DNA from: Nannocystis bainbridge
Lineage (GTDB): Bacteria; Myxococcota_A; Polyangia; Nannocystales; Nannocystaceae
DNA: 64,000 nucleotides
Assembly: GCF_028368995.1 (NCBI RefSeq)
Contig: NZ_JAQNDL010000002.1
Location: forward strand, 256,001 to 320,000
Direction of reading: 5' to 3'
In this document: positions 20,062 to 29,366 of the stretch, in pieces
Position numbering within the stretch: position 1 is the first letter of the stretch
How the letters are laid out: each line of letters opens with the position of its first letter
The notes under the pieces: generated by a model
Databases searched by the model: none
What the model was told of the DNA's origin: nothing
What the model saw: only the letters and a program-made list of their open reading frames with translations
Program-made: the position numbers and the translations under genes

Positions 20062-20634
20062 TCACGAGCAGGCGCAGGTGCACTCGGGCGGCGGATCGTC
20101 GCCGGCGCACAGCGGCCAGCCGGCCGGGGTGCCGCACAGGCCCTCGCTGGGGCCGGCCATGATCAGCTCGACGGCGCCGTCACAGCCGCGGCGGCCGAAC
20201 ACGCCGAGGCCGATCTGGTCGCACGAGGTCGGGACCGGGCACTTGGGCTCGCCAGGCACGAACACGCAGGTGCGGAACAGTTGGGTGACGTCGCAGGTGC
20301 CGGGGTAGACGGGGACGACGTCCATCCAGCGGCACTCGCCGCCGCCGTGGGCGACGCCGTCGCAGGCGGGGGCGGAGGTCAGGGCGGCGCAGAAGGCTTC
20401 CCCTTCGGACATGTCTCGAGGGACCTGTCCGGAAGTGCCGGTCGGGTCGTCGCCGGTCGTGTCGGTGGCGCCGCCCGTGCCGGTGGTGCCGCCGGTGGTG
20501 CCGTCGCACTCGGGTGGGTCGCCGAACTCGGTCGGCGAGGTGTCGGAGACGACGACGAGCCCGCCCGTGTTGGCGCCGGTGGGCTCCTTGCAGGCGCACA
20601 GGGCGAGGCCGAGGACGAGCGCGGCGCGGGTCAT
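20062..20634 (-). CDS. Cys-rich hypothetical lipoprotein
   Basis: MTRAALVLGLALCAC lipobox; Thr/Gly linker; many cysteines. Confidence 0.7.
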   Translation of the reverse strand: MTRAALVLGLALCACKEPTGANTGGLVVVSDTSPTEFGDPPECDGTTGGTTGTGGATDTTGDDPTGTSGQVPRDMSEGEAFCAALTSAPACDGVAHGGGECRWMDVVPVYPGTCDVTQLFRTCVFVPGEPKCPVPTSCDQIGLGVFGRRGCDGAVELIMAGPSEGLCGTPAGWPLCAGDDPPPECTCACS

Positions 20635-21061
20635 CGCTCCGAAGGTGTAGACAAGCCCGCGCCCGCGCGGCAAGCGACGAGGCGAGCGCTTGCGCACGCG
20701 CAGACGCCGGGGCCGCGCGCCGAACACGATGCAAAGCGACGACGAACGCGAGCGACGGGGGCGGCCGCGGCGACACGGCGAGGGGAGCGGGCCGCGGGGC
20801 GACAGGCTTCACGGCGGGCAGCCCTGGGCGATCCGCTGGCCGACGCGTCGCGCGGGTCGGGAGGCAGCGGCTTGCGCAGCCCGCTGCCGCCGGGGTCATA
20901 TGGCGTTCAGCTTGCTCCACTGCTGGCTGCCCGCGAGGTCGGCCGGGCGCGACCCGCAGCACCGGGACAGCTCGAGCGTCCGTGGGCGCCTCGGAGAGGA
21001 TGAGTCACGAGGCCCCGGAGGGGGTGACAGCCGGCGACGCGGTCAGCATCGCGACATGTCT

Positions 21062-21592
21062 CTAAGGACATGTCTGGGGCGGGGCCGGCTGGGCGAGGCC
21101 GAGGCGGCGCAGGCCGGCGCACACGAGCACGAGCACGAGCACGGCGGCCTCGACGAGGGCGAGGTCGCGTGGGTCGCGGATCAGGCCGAGGGCGACGATG
21201 AGGGTGGTGGCGCCGGCCGGGGCGTGCTCGGCGTCGAGCAGGACGGTGAGGCCGCCGGTGGCGGCGAGGGCGAAGGTGACGGCGCCGAGGTGGGCGAGAT
21301 CGAGGCGCGTGAGCACGGCCGGGACGTCGGTGACGCCGAACAGGTGCAGCGCCGCGGCGCCGCTGAGGACGGCGACGCCGTGCGCGACGAGCACGCGGCG
21401 CGGATGGTTGGCGGGCGCGGTGGGGGCGACGAAGGCGAGGAAGGCGGTCGGGCCGAGCGAGGGGAACACCCACGGCAAGGCTGTCCAAAAGGCCATGCCC
21501 GAACAGACAGCGATGGCGAGGCCGGCGCCGAGGCTCACGCGCGCGGCGCGGGCGAGGCGCGAGGAGAGCGAGGCGAGCACGAGGGCGAGCAT
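21062..21592 (-). CDS. HPP family membrane protein
   Basis: FPSLGPTAFL..P.APANHPRRVLVAH and HAPAGATTLI motifs; start uncertain. Confidence 0.8.
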   Translation of the reverse strand: MLALVLASLSSRLARAARVSLGAGLAIAVCSGMAFWTALPWVFPSLGPTAFLAFVAPTAPANHPRRVLVAHGVAVLSGAAALHLFGVTDVPAVLTRLDLAHLGAVTFALAATGGLTVLLDAEHAPAGATTLIVALGLIRDPRDLALVEAAVLVLVLVCAGLRRLGLAQPAPPQTCP

Positions 21593-21683
21593 GGCCCGCG
21601 GCCGCCGACAGGGGAAGCGGGGCGGGCCGGGTCCGGCGGGGTCGCCTGCGGCGGGCTCGCCAGCGGGCGATGCGGCGTGGGCG

Positions 21684-22493
21684 TCAAGGACAGGCCGCTT
21701 CGTCGGTCTCGTCGACGCAGTCGACGTGGCCGTCGCAGACCCAGTTCGCCGGGACCTCGAGGCCGTCGTCGCACGCGAAGTAGCAGAGGGCCGTGGCCTC
21801 GTCGGACGCGTCATCGCAGTCGGGCGTGCCGTCGCAGCGGTCGAACGCGGGGATCTGCTGGCCGTCTTCGCACACGAACACGCAGGTCGCCTCGGCCTCG
21901 TCGGACATGTCCTTGCAGTCAGGTTGGCCGTCGCACACGTACTGGGCCGAGATCGTGCCGCCGCCGCTGCACGCGAACGCGGGGCCGCCGTTGCACTGGA
22001 TCGTGAGGGCGCCGACGCTGGCCTTGGCGGCCTTGTCACAGGCGGCGACGGCGTCGGCGTACTGGCCGTTGCAGGTGAAGTAGGCGTCCTCCTGGGCGCA
22101 GCCGAGCGGCTCGAGGCAGCCCTGATAGCCGACGGCTGCGTCGGCGAGGCAGGCGACGTAGGGCGCGTGCAGTGGGTCGGCCTCGAGGTCGCAGACGCAC
22201 GAGGTGTTGGCGGTGGCGACGAGGTCGGCGACGCAGCCGCCGACGTCAGGGTAGGCGCCCGCCTCGACCTCGCACGGACAGCGCAGGTCGGCGGCCGCCT
22301 GGGTGGCGATGGCCTGCTTCTCGCACGCGGGGATCGTCACCGGGGTGGTGGTGGCGGCGGTGGTGGTCGCGTCGGACGCGTCGGTGTCGGTGGTGGTCGC
22401 TTCGGTGGCCGAGGCCGTGGCGCCCGTGCTCGCCTGTTCGTTGGGACAGGCGCACAGCAGGAGCGCGCCCGCGAGCCGCGTTCGAGGCTTCAT
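21684..22493 (-). CDS. Lipoprotein with three LDL-receptor class A-like repeats
   Basis: Lipobox LCAC; three F.C..G..I....CDG..DC.D.SDE units. Confidence 0.85.
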   Translation of the reverse strand: MKPRTRLAGALLLCACPNEQASTGATASATEATTTDTDASDATTTAATTTPVTIPACEKQAIATQAAADLRCPCEVEAGAYPDVGGCVADLVATANTSCVCDLEADPLHAPYVACLADAAVGYQGCLEPLGCAQEDAYFTCNGQYADAVAACDKAAKASVGALTIQCNGGPAFACSGGGTISAQYVCDGQPDCKDMSDEAEATCVFVCEDGQQIPAFDRCDGTPDCDDASDEATALCYFACDDGLEVPANWVCDGHVDCVDETDEAACP

Positions 22494-22786
22494 GCCTCGA
22501 AAGTTAGCGCCGGCGCGTGGGGGTCGAGCCGGACCTGACGGCGGACGTGGCGGGCGACACCGGCGCGCTGTGCTGCCGGTCGTGGCGGGCGAAGCGTCGG
22601 CCGCGAGTGGTCGCCGGATCGGTCTCCGCCGGTCGCGCCGGGCGCGAGGGCGCGCTTATGTCCCGAGAGACAGGTTCCGGTGCTGCGCGCGAGGTCAAGC
22701 GCCTGTCCCGATGGACATGTGACGGAGCGCGCGCCGGCGCTGTGAGCGAGGTTGAGCGCCTGTCCCGAGGGACAGGTGAGGTGGGC

Positions 22787-23518
22787 TCAGGGCGTGGCCG
22801 CGGTCGTGCAGGTCAGGGTGCGGTCGCGCAGGTCGACGGTGGAGACCACCGTGGCCTGGCCGCGGACCACGTCGACCACCACGCCGTCGTACTGGTTGGT
22901 GCACTGGGGCTGGCTGCGCTTGCTGATGACGCGGTAGCCGCCGTCGATGGTGCGCACGCTGTCGTCGCCGCACAGCGGCTGGACGCCGAGCAGGGCGGCG
23001 AGCAGGCGGGCCTCGCCGGGGGTGTCGATGGCGCCGAGCAGCGTGAGCAACTGCGACCGGGTGGCGACCGGGCGCACGTTGGCGCCGGACTGCAGCACGA
23101 GGTAGCGGGCCACCTGCGGGTCGGAGCCGGGGAACAGCGAGGTGCTGGCGACGGTGCTGGCGAGCAGGCGGGCGCAGGCGGGCACGTCGGCGACGGTCTG
23201 ACAGGCGAGGCCGACGCTGGCGAGGGTCTGCGACTGCTGGAAGCGGACGCCGGTGTCGGTCTGCTTCAGCACGGTCTCGCGCAGCAGGGCGTGCTCGAAG
23301 CGCACGTTGGTGTGGGTCGGCTCGAGGCCGGCGAGGAGCTGCTCGTGGCTGCAGATCGGGGCGCTGTAGGCGGGGCTGCCGGGCGGGAGCGCGGGATCGT
23401 CCGAGACGGGCGCGGGGTCGCTCGTGGCCGGCGCGCGGGGCGGAGAGCGGTCGCACGCGAACGCGGACCCGGCGGCGACGGCGACGGTGAGGACGGCGCG
23501 GAGACGAACGGCTGGCAC
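22787..23518 (-). CDS. Hypothetical lipoprotein
   Basis: Probable GTG start, AFAC lipobox, coding-like codon usage. Confidence 0.6.
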   Translation of the reverse strand: MPAVRLRAVLTVAVAAGSAFACDRSPPRAPATSDPAPVSDDPALPPGSPAYSAPICSHEQLLAGLEPTHTNVRFEHALLRETVLKQTDTGVRFQQSQTLASVGLACQTVADVPACARLLASTVASTSLFPGSDPQVARYLVLQSGANVRPVATRSQLLTLLGAIDTPGEARLLAALLGVQPLCGDDSVRTIDGGYRVISKRSQPQCTNQYDGVVVDVVRGQATVVSTVDLRDRTLTCTTAATP

Positions 23519-23893
23519 GGGGCCGAGGATACTACGCGGGCCGAACAGTGCGGAAGAAGCGGCCCGATCGGGCTTCACCCGCACGGACCTCCGCCCGCAC
23601 GAGGTCGGGTCGACGCAGCGAAGATGGCCGCGGCACCGCTCAAAACGCCGCTCGGAGGCCGATCGCGCGGTTCGCCTCGCGCGGCCGTCCGCGGCGTCGA
23701 TGGGCTCGCGGACGACCATGCGGAGGTCAGGCCGGGAGGCGTGCCTGGCGAAAAGACCACGTCAGGCCGGCGATCGAGGCGGGGCGCGAGGGCTGGCCCT
23801 TGGGTCAGGGTCGGTCGGCGTTACCGCGCCTGCGGGCAGGTCGAGTTGACGCGCTCGCGTGGGTCGCGCGCGCGGGCTCGTCGCTCGCGGCGC

Positions 23894-25351
23894 TCAGGGG
23901 CGCGGCGGGGCCGGCAAGATCCACGGGCGAGGGCCCAGGCCGTCGACCTCGCGCGCGAGGTCGACGTCGGGGTCGACGAGGCGCGCGGCGGGGCGGCCGT
24001 TGTAGGTGACGAACACGTCGGCGCGGACCTCGGCGCCGGGGTTCTCGGCCGCGATGTGGTGCGCGTACTCGAGGACCATGTCGGGCTGGAAGGCCATCTG
24101 CTTGGCCTGCTGGGCGGTCAGGGTCGGCTCCGGATCGACGAGGCGCTGGCGGCCGCTGACGGGGTCGCGCACGCGGTAGACGACGCTGCCGACCTTCTCG
24201 ACCAGCATGACCTGCCAGGCGAAGCGATAGCCCTCCTCGGTCCAGGCGGTGTCGCCGGGGTAGGCGAAGCGGCGCAGCGGCAGGGTGAGCTGCACGGCGA
24301 AGTGGAGCGCGAGCAGGCCGAGCAGCAGCGGCCGGGCCGGGAACGAGCTGGCGGATAGGACAGGTGCCATGGGGCATGTCCTCGGGGACAGGCGACACCA
24401 CAGCCGCCGCGGCCAGTCGGGCGGGAAGAACACCAGGGCGGCGGCGGCCATGAGCCACGGGAACATGCCGATCGCGGGGAACAGGGCGCCGGTGAGGCCG
24501 TGGAACACGAGCACGCCGGCGTAGGCGAACGGGCGCGTGCGCGGGTGCAGCAGCAGGAACGGGACCGAGAGGTCGAAGGCGGCGCCGCCCCAGCTCATGA
24601 GGTGGGCGGCCTCGGGCCGGCGCAAGAGCCCGCCGATCAGCGGGAAGTCGGCGCGCGCGGCCAGCCACAGCCGCAGCGGCTGGGCGTGCAGCAGCCAGTC
24701 GGGGCGCAGCTTGGCCAGCCCGGCGAAGAAGTAGACCAGCCCGACCTGCAGCCGCAGCGCCCACAACGCCCAGGCCGGGGCGACGGCGACGCGACGGCCG
24801 AGCGGGAGCACGATCATCAGCAGGGCGACGACGCTGACGAAGTAGTAGTGGTTGAGGTAGGTCGCCTTGTCGAGCAGTTCGACGTAGGTGAAGAGGACGA
24901 AGAACAGGGCGATCGCGGGCCGGTAGCACACGCCCGCGGCGACGAGCAGCGACAGCGCGCCGAGGGCGACGAACACGGCGATCATGCCGGCCTCGGGCAG
25001 CGGTGCGAGCCAGCCGAAGCCCCAGTAGTGGAAGTGGAAGGTCGGGTCGACGTACAGCTGGTGGATCCACCCGCGCGCGGCGAAGCGGACCGTGCCGGCG
25101 AACATCAGCAGGCCAAAGGCGATCCGGAACGCGTGGAGGCCGGCGGCGTCGACCGGGGCGAGCAGGGCGCGCAGGAGGCGGCTGAGGGCGCCATGGCCAT
25201 CATCTGCCCGAATCGACATGTCTATTGGGACACGTTCTACCGGCGCGTCCTGCTCGTCATCTGTCCGAAGCGACATGTCGCAGGGGACATGTTCATCGTG
25301 CGGCCGGCCGACCGCGGGCGGGCTGCGGTCCGGGGGGGCGCGGTCGGGCAT
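23894..25351 (-). CDS. HTTM domain / vitamin K-dependent gamma-carboxylase-like membrane protein
   Basis: FRIAFGLLM, FHFHYWGF, LDKATYLNHYY, VYFFAGLAKLRPDWL, IGMFP, WTEEGYRFAWQVMLVEK. Confidence 0.88.
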   Translation of the reverse strand: MPDRAPPDRSPPAVGRPHDEHVPCDMSLRTDDEQDAPVERVPIDMSIRADDGHGALSRLLRALLAPVDAAGLHAFRIAFGLLMFAGTVRFAARGWIHQLYVDPTFHFHYWGFGWLAPLPEAGMIAVFVALGALSLLVAAGVCYRPAIALFFVLFTYVELLDKATYLNHYYFVSVVALLMIVLPLGRRVAVAPAWALWALRLQVGLVYFFAGLAKLRPDWLLHAQPLRLWLAARADFPLIGGLLRRPEAAHLMSWGGAAFDLSVPFLLLHPRTRPFAYAGVLVFHGLTGALFPAIGMFPWLMAAAALVFFPPDWPRRLWCRLSPRTCPMAPVLSASSFPARPLLLGLLALHFAVQLTLPLRRFAYPGDTAWTEEGYRFAWQVMLVEKVGSVVYRVRDPVSGRQRLVDPEPTLTAQQAKQMAFQPDMVLEYAHHIAAENPGAEVRADVFVTYNGRPAARLVDPDVDLAREVDGLGPRPWILPAPPRP

Positions 25352-25361
25352 TTCGCTCGGG

Positions 25362-26474
25362 TCAGTCGCCGTCGTTGTCGCTGAGGGCGAGGGTGACGCC
25401 GAGGGTGCTGGCGACGTCGAGCTTGAGCAGGCGACGGAACGTGTCGAGCTCGTCGCGGGCCAGCTGGACGGCGGTGCGGTCGGCGACGAGCGCCTCCGTC
25501 AGGGGCTCGGGGACGGCGACGAGGACCTCGACGGTGCGGGCGTACTGGGCCCGCACGCGCTCGTCGAGGGCCGGATCGAGGGCGGCGACGAGGACCGAGA
25601 TGCCGGCCGCGGGCGCGTCCAGATCGGCGCCGTGGTAGACGGCCCACACGCCGGCGAGGTTGGCCTGCAGGTCGGCGCGGGTGCGGCCGGAGAAGCGCGA
25701 CTCCATCAGGCTCGGGTCCTCGGCGGCGCCGGAGAGGTTGCCGAGCGGGTTGTCGAGCTTGCCCTTGACCATGGTGAGGCAGGCGTCGATCGACTTGTTG
25801 ATGACCTCGTCGACGCCGGCCTTGAGCGAGGGGTAGGCGGCGCTGCCGGTGCCGGCGGTGGCGAGGGCATCGGCGTACTCGCTGGCCCAGGCGGTGGCGA
25901 GGGCGTCGGTGCGGGCCTCGATGTCGACGGCGAGGGCCCGGGCGTAGCCGCAGCGGCGCGCGCCGTCCTCGCTCTGGAAGGCGGTCAGGGCGGCGCCCGG
26001 GTCCTCGCCCCACAGCAGGTACTCGAGCGCGGGCATGCCCTTGGCGCTGACGCCGAGGCCGCCGAGGTAGCCGGCGTCGGCGGCCGCGGGGGCGCCGGCG
26101 ACCGCGGTCTCGACGGTGTCGACGCGCACGGGCCAGAAGTCGAGGGCGTTGAGCTCGGGCGGCAGCGGGCCGAAGCCGAACGGGAGCACGCGCGACCAGG
26201 CGTCGCGCTCCTCCGACCAGGCGGCCTGGGCGGCCGCGAGGGTGGTGGCGTCGGGGCCGGCGCACAGCGGCTCAAGGGCGGCGACCAGCGCCCCGGCCCG
26301 CTCGTGCAGGGTCGCGAAGGCGGGGGCCGCGACGTCGTGGCCGATGTGGGCCAGCACGGCCGGGCGAGCGTCGTCGCCGCTGCCGCCGCCGCAGGCGAGG
26401 CCGGCGAGCATGCCGGCACCTGCTCCGAAGAGCATGGCCGAGAGGACAGGGCGAGAGAGACCGGCGCGGATCAT
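25362..26474 (-). CDS. Imelysin (peptidase M75-like) family lipoprotein
   Basis: LAC lipobox; AAQAAW..FGP..LDFWP, KGMPALEYLLW, C-terminal DNDGD. Confidence 0.88.
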   Translation of the reverse strand: MIRAGLSRPVLSAMLFGAGAGMLAGLACGGGSGDDARPAVLAHIGHDVAAPAFATLHERAGALVAALEPLCAGPDATTLAAAQAAWSEERDAWSRVLPFGFGPLPPELNALDFWPVRVDTVETAVAGAPAAADAGYLGGLGVSAKGMPALEYLLWGEDPGAALTAFQSEDGARRCGYARALAVDIEARTDALATAWASEYADALATAGTGSAAYPSLKAGVDEVINKSIDACLTMVKGKLDNPLGNLSGAAEDPSLMESRFSGRTRADLQANLAGVWAVYHGADLDAPAAGISVLVAALDPALDERVRAQYARTVEVLVAVPEPLTEALVADRTAVQLARDELDTFRRLLKLDVASTLGVTLALSDNDGD

Positions 26475-26599
26475 CGGGACCTCGAGGGACGGGGGAGCGT
26501 GCCGGCACCTGCCCCGAAGAGCATGGCCGAGAGGACAGGGCGAGAGCGGCCAGACGGCGAGCGCGCCGGCGGGGCGCCGACGACAGCGCGGGTGCTTTG

Positions 26600-26665
26600 A
26601 GGCATGTCCTCGCGGACATGTCCTTTCGCGCCGGGCCTCGGGGACATGTGCGAAGGGGCAGGCGG
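26600..26665. repeat. 14-bp phased TGTCC-N4-GGACA array (5 cores)
   Basis: Cores at 26603, 26617, 26631, 26645, 26659, inside the operon spacer. Confidence 0.75.
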
Positions 26666-26679
26666 GGCGCCCGCGGCGG

Positions 26680-28056
26680 TCACAGCGACTCCAGGAAGGC
26701 GATCAGGTCGGCGCGCTCGTCGGCGGAGAAGCTCCGCACGGCCTCGCGCGCGGGCTCGGCCTCGCCGCCGTGCCACAGCACCGCCTCCATCAGCGAGCGG
26801 GCGCGGCCGTCGTGGAGGAAGCTGGTGTGGCGGTTGACCGTCTCGACCAGGCCGATGCCCCACAGCGGCGGGGTCCGCCACTCGTTGCCGTCGGCCAGGT
26901 AGTCGCGGCGGCCGTCGCCGAGCCCGTCGCCCATGTCGTGCAGCAGGAGGTCGGTGTACGGCCAGATCGTCTGGCCCCGGACCTCGTCGATGGCGGCGTC
27001 GGCGGCGGTGATGTGGCGCGGGACGTGGCAGTCGACGCAGCCGGCCGCCGCGAACAGCCCCTTGCCGCGCAGGACCTCGGGCGCGTCGGCGCCGCGGCGA
27101 GCGGGGACGGCGAGGGTCGCGGTGTAGAAGACGACGTCTTCGAGCAGGTCGGCCGTGACCTCGGGCTGGCCGCCGTGCGGGGCCGCGGCGCACTCGGGCT
27201 GGCCTTCGGGACAGTTCTCGAGCGGGAACATCTCGGTCGTCAGGCCCATGTCGCCGAGGAAGGCGCCGGCCGTCTGCTGGGCGATGGTCGACTGGTTGGC
27301 CTTCCAGCCGAACCGGCCGAGCACGGCGGCGTCGGCGGCCAGGTCCCACACGTAGTTGGCGCGGCCGGAGATGCCGTCGCCGTCGGCGTCGCGTGGGTCC
27401 TCGCGGGCGACGATGTCGGCCTCGGGGATGGCCTCGAGCAGGCCCATGCCGATCATCACCGGGGCGACGCGCGGCGAGATGAAAAGGTCGGCCGGCAGCG
27501 GGCCGTAGGCCGGGTCCTCGAGGGTGTAGGTCGGGACGCGCAGGCTGTACGCCTCGCCGTCGGCGAAGGCGCCCGGGCGCTCGACCCACGTGACCTTCGG
27601 GACAGCTTCGGGCGCGACCCCGTCGATGGCGTTCGGCTGCAGCTGGTCGCCGTAGCCGGGCACATCGCGCGGGCCGCCGTGCAGGCCCTCGCCGGGGATC
27701 GAGAGGCGCAGCAGCATGCTGGTGAACGGCTCGTCGGCCTCGGGCGGGCGGCCGCGGCCGTCCTTGAAGTGGCAGGCCGAGCACGAGCGGGCGTTGAAGG
27801 TCGGGCCGAGGCCGTCGCGCCCGGTGGTCGAGGCCGGGGCGATGACCCAGTTCTTGTTGAAGAACGAGTTGCCGACCACGAACCGCTGGCGCCGCTCGAA
27901 GGTCATGTTGCGGGCGCTGTACGAGAACGCGTTGGGGCTCTCGTCGCGGATGGTGGTGTCGCCGCCGGCCAGCTCCTCGCCCGGCTCGAGCGCCGGGGCG
28001 AGGTCTTCACAGGATGCCCCGAAGAACAGGGCCAAAAAGACAGGCAGGCGGCGCAC
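26680..28056 (-). CDS. Di-haem oxidoreductase family (DHOR/DUF1111-type) lipoprotein
   Basis: DGLGPTFNARSCSACH, GCVDCH, PYTDLLLHDMG, WRTPPLWGIG, FLHDGRAR; probable GTG start. Confidence 0.9.
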   Translation of the reverse strand: MRRLPVFLALFFGASCEDLAPALEPGEELAGGDTTIRDESPNAFSYSARNMTFERRQRFVVGNSFFNKNWVIAPASTTGRDGLGPTFNARSCSACHFKDGRGRPPEADEPFTSMLLRLSIPGEGLHGGPRDVPGYGDQLQPNAIDGVAPEAVPKVTWVERPGAFADGEAYSLRVPTYTLEDPAYGPLPADLFISPRVAPVMIGMGLLEAIPEADIVAREDPRDADGDGISGRANYVWDLAADAAVLGRFGWKANQSTIAQQTAGAFLGDMGLTTEMFPLENCPEGQPECAAAPHGGQPEVTADLLEDVVFYTATLAVPARRGADAPEVLRGKGLFAAAGCVDCHVPRHITAADAAIDEVRGQTIWPYTDLLLHDMGDGLGDGRRDYLADGNEWRTPPLWGIGLVETVNRHTSFLHDGRARSLMEAVLWHGGEAEPAREAVRSFSADERADLIAFLESL

Positions 28057-28064
28057 GACCCAGT

Positions 28065-29228
28065 CTACTCCAAGTTGAGCTCGATCTCGAGCACACCCGC
28101 GACCTGGACCAGCGCCTCGGTCGCCTCCTTGAGGCTGTCGATCGCGGCCTTGACCGCGGCGCGCTCCGGGCTGCCGTCGGCGGCCTGGATGGCGTTGTCG
28201 AACGGGGCCGGGATGGCCTTGACGGCGGCGACCGCGGCCTGGAGCTTGGCGGTGGCGTTGGCGTCGACGTCGGCGTCGAGGCGGGCGACCAGGCTCGAGA
28301 GACCGGCGCCCGCCTGCCCGTCGATGCGGCCGTGGTACACGTCGTCGATGCCCTGGATGTTGGCCAGGATGTCCTTGTGGGTGTTGTCGCTGAAGCAGGA
28401 GTGCTCGTCCTCCTGCTCGCGGGTGTCGTAGGCGACGGTCATGCGCTCGCCGGCGAGCTCGGCGCCGCTGAGGCTGGCCATGCCGAGCAGGACCTTGCCG
28501 ATCGCTTCCTTGGGGTCCTGGGCGACGAACTCGGCGCGGTAGTTGGCCTGTCCTTCGGACCAGGCGTCGGCGACGCGCGCCAGATCGTCGAGCAGCAGCT
28601 CGCTCGTCAAGGTGAGGTAGTCGCGGCGGCGCTCCTGGTTGGCGGCGGTGCCCTCGGGCGCGTCGACGAAGTCGGTCCACGGGCGCGCGCCCGGGCCGTC
28701 GGCGCTCAGGTCCTGGCCCCACAGCAGGAACTCGATCGCGTGCCAGCCGGTCGAGATGCTGTCCTCGCCCTCGGCGCCGTTGCGCTCGATCAGCACGTCG
28801 CGGGTGATGTCGGGGTAGCCGGCGAGGTCGTTGATGATGCCGGCGTCGGCCTGGCCCTCGACGTAGTCGATGTACGCCTCGTCCATCGGCCAGGCGTTGA
28901 TGCGGCCCTCGAGCTCGTCCGGGGCGGCGTCGATCGGGCCGTTGTAGAAGCGGAACACCTCGGTGAGGCCGTACTGGTCGCGGGCGCCGAGCCAGGCGGT
29001 CTTGGTGGCCGCGAGCGTCTCGGCCGAGGGATCGCCGACGAACGCCTGCAGGGCGCTGTCCATCTGCTCGGCGCCGCGGCTCGACTTCTCGTAGGCGGCG
29101 GAGACCAGCTCGGCGTAGCGATCGACCACGTTCTGCGCTTCCTCGCGGAAGGACGCGTCGTCCCAGCCGGTGTCGGCGGTGGTGGTGCAGGCGGGGAGGA
29201 GACAGAGGGCGAGGAGCGAGCGGCGCAT
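28065..29228 (-). CDS. Iron-regulated imelysin-family lipoprotein (IrpA-like)
   Basis: LPAC lipobox; TEVFRF, INAWPMDEAYIDYV, TGWHAIEFLLWGQD, ELAGERM, EDEHSCFSDNT. Confidence 0.9.
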   Translation of the reverse strand: MRRSLLALCLLPACTTTADTGWDDASFREEAQNVVDRYAELVSAAYEKSSRGAEQMDSALQAFVGDPSAETLAATKTAWLGARDQYGLTEVFRFYNGPIDAAPDELEGRINAWPMDEAYIDYVEGQADAGIINDLAGYPDITRDVLIERNGAEGEDSISTGWHAIEFLLWGQDLSADGPGARPWTDFVDAPEGTAANQERRRDYLTLTSELLLDDLARVADAWSEGQANYRAEFVAQDPKEAIGKVLLGMASLSGAELAGERMTVAYDTREQEDEHSCFSDNTHKDILANIQGIDDVYHGRIDGQAGAGLSSLVARLDADVDANATAKLQAAVAAVKAIPAPFDNAIQAADGSPERAAVKAAIDSLKEATEALVQVAGVLEIELNLE

Positions 29229-29291
29229 GCGGGGGCTTCCAGTCCGTGAGGCGCGCCAGCGCGAGGGGCGATGGCGATCGAAATTTGGGAT

Positions 29292-29310
29292 ACTGAAAGT
29301 GGTTTTCAAT
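29292..29310. promoter_or_regulatory. Putative Fur box
   Basis: ACTGAAAGTGGTTTTCAAT, a 7-1-7-type inverted repeat about 65 bp upstream of the imelysin operon. Confidence 0.7.
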
Positions 29311-29366
29311 GTCAACGCCCCGGGAGTGCCTGGACGCACGCCAGGGCCGCGGCTATGGTGCCGGCC

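Noticed and set aside
20640-21050. Possible ncRNA or small gene in a 400-bp gap
   Set aside because: No recognisable RNA motif or coding-like frame by eye
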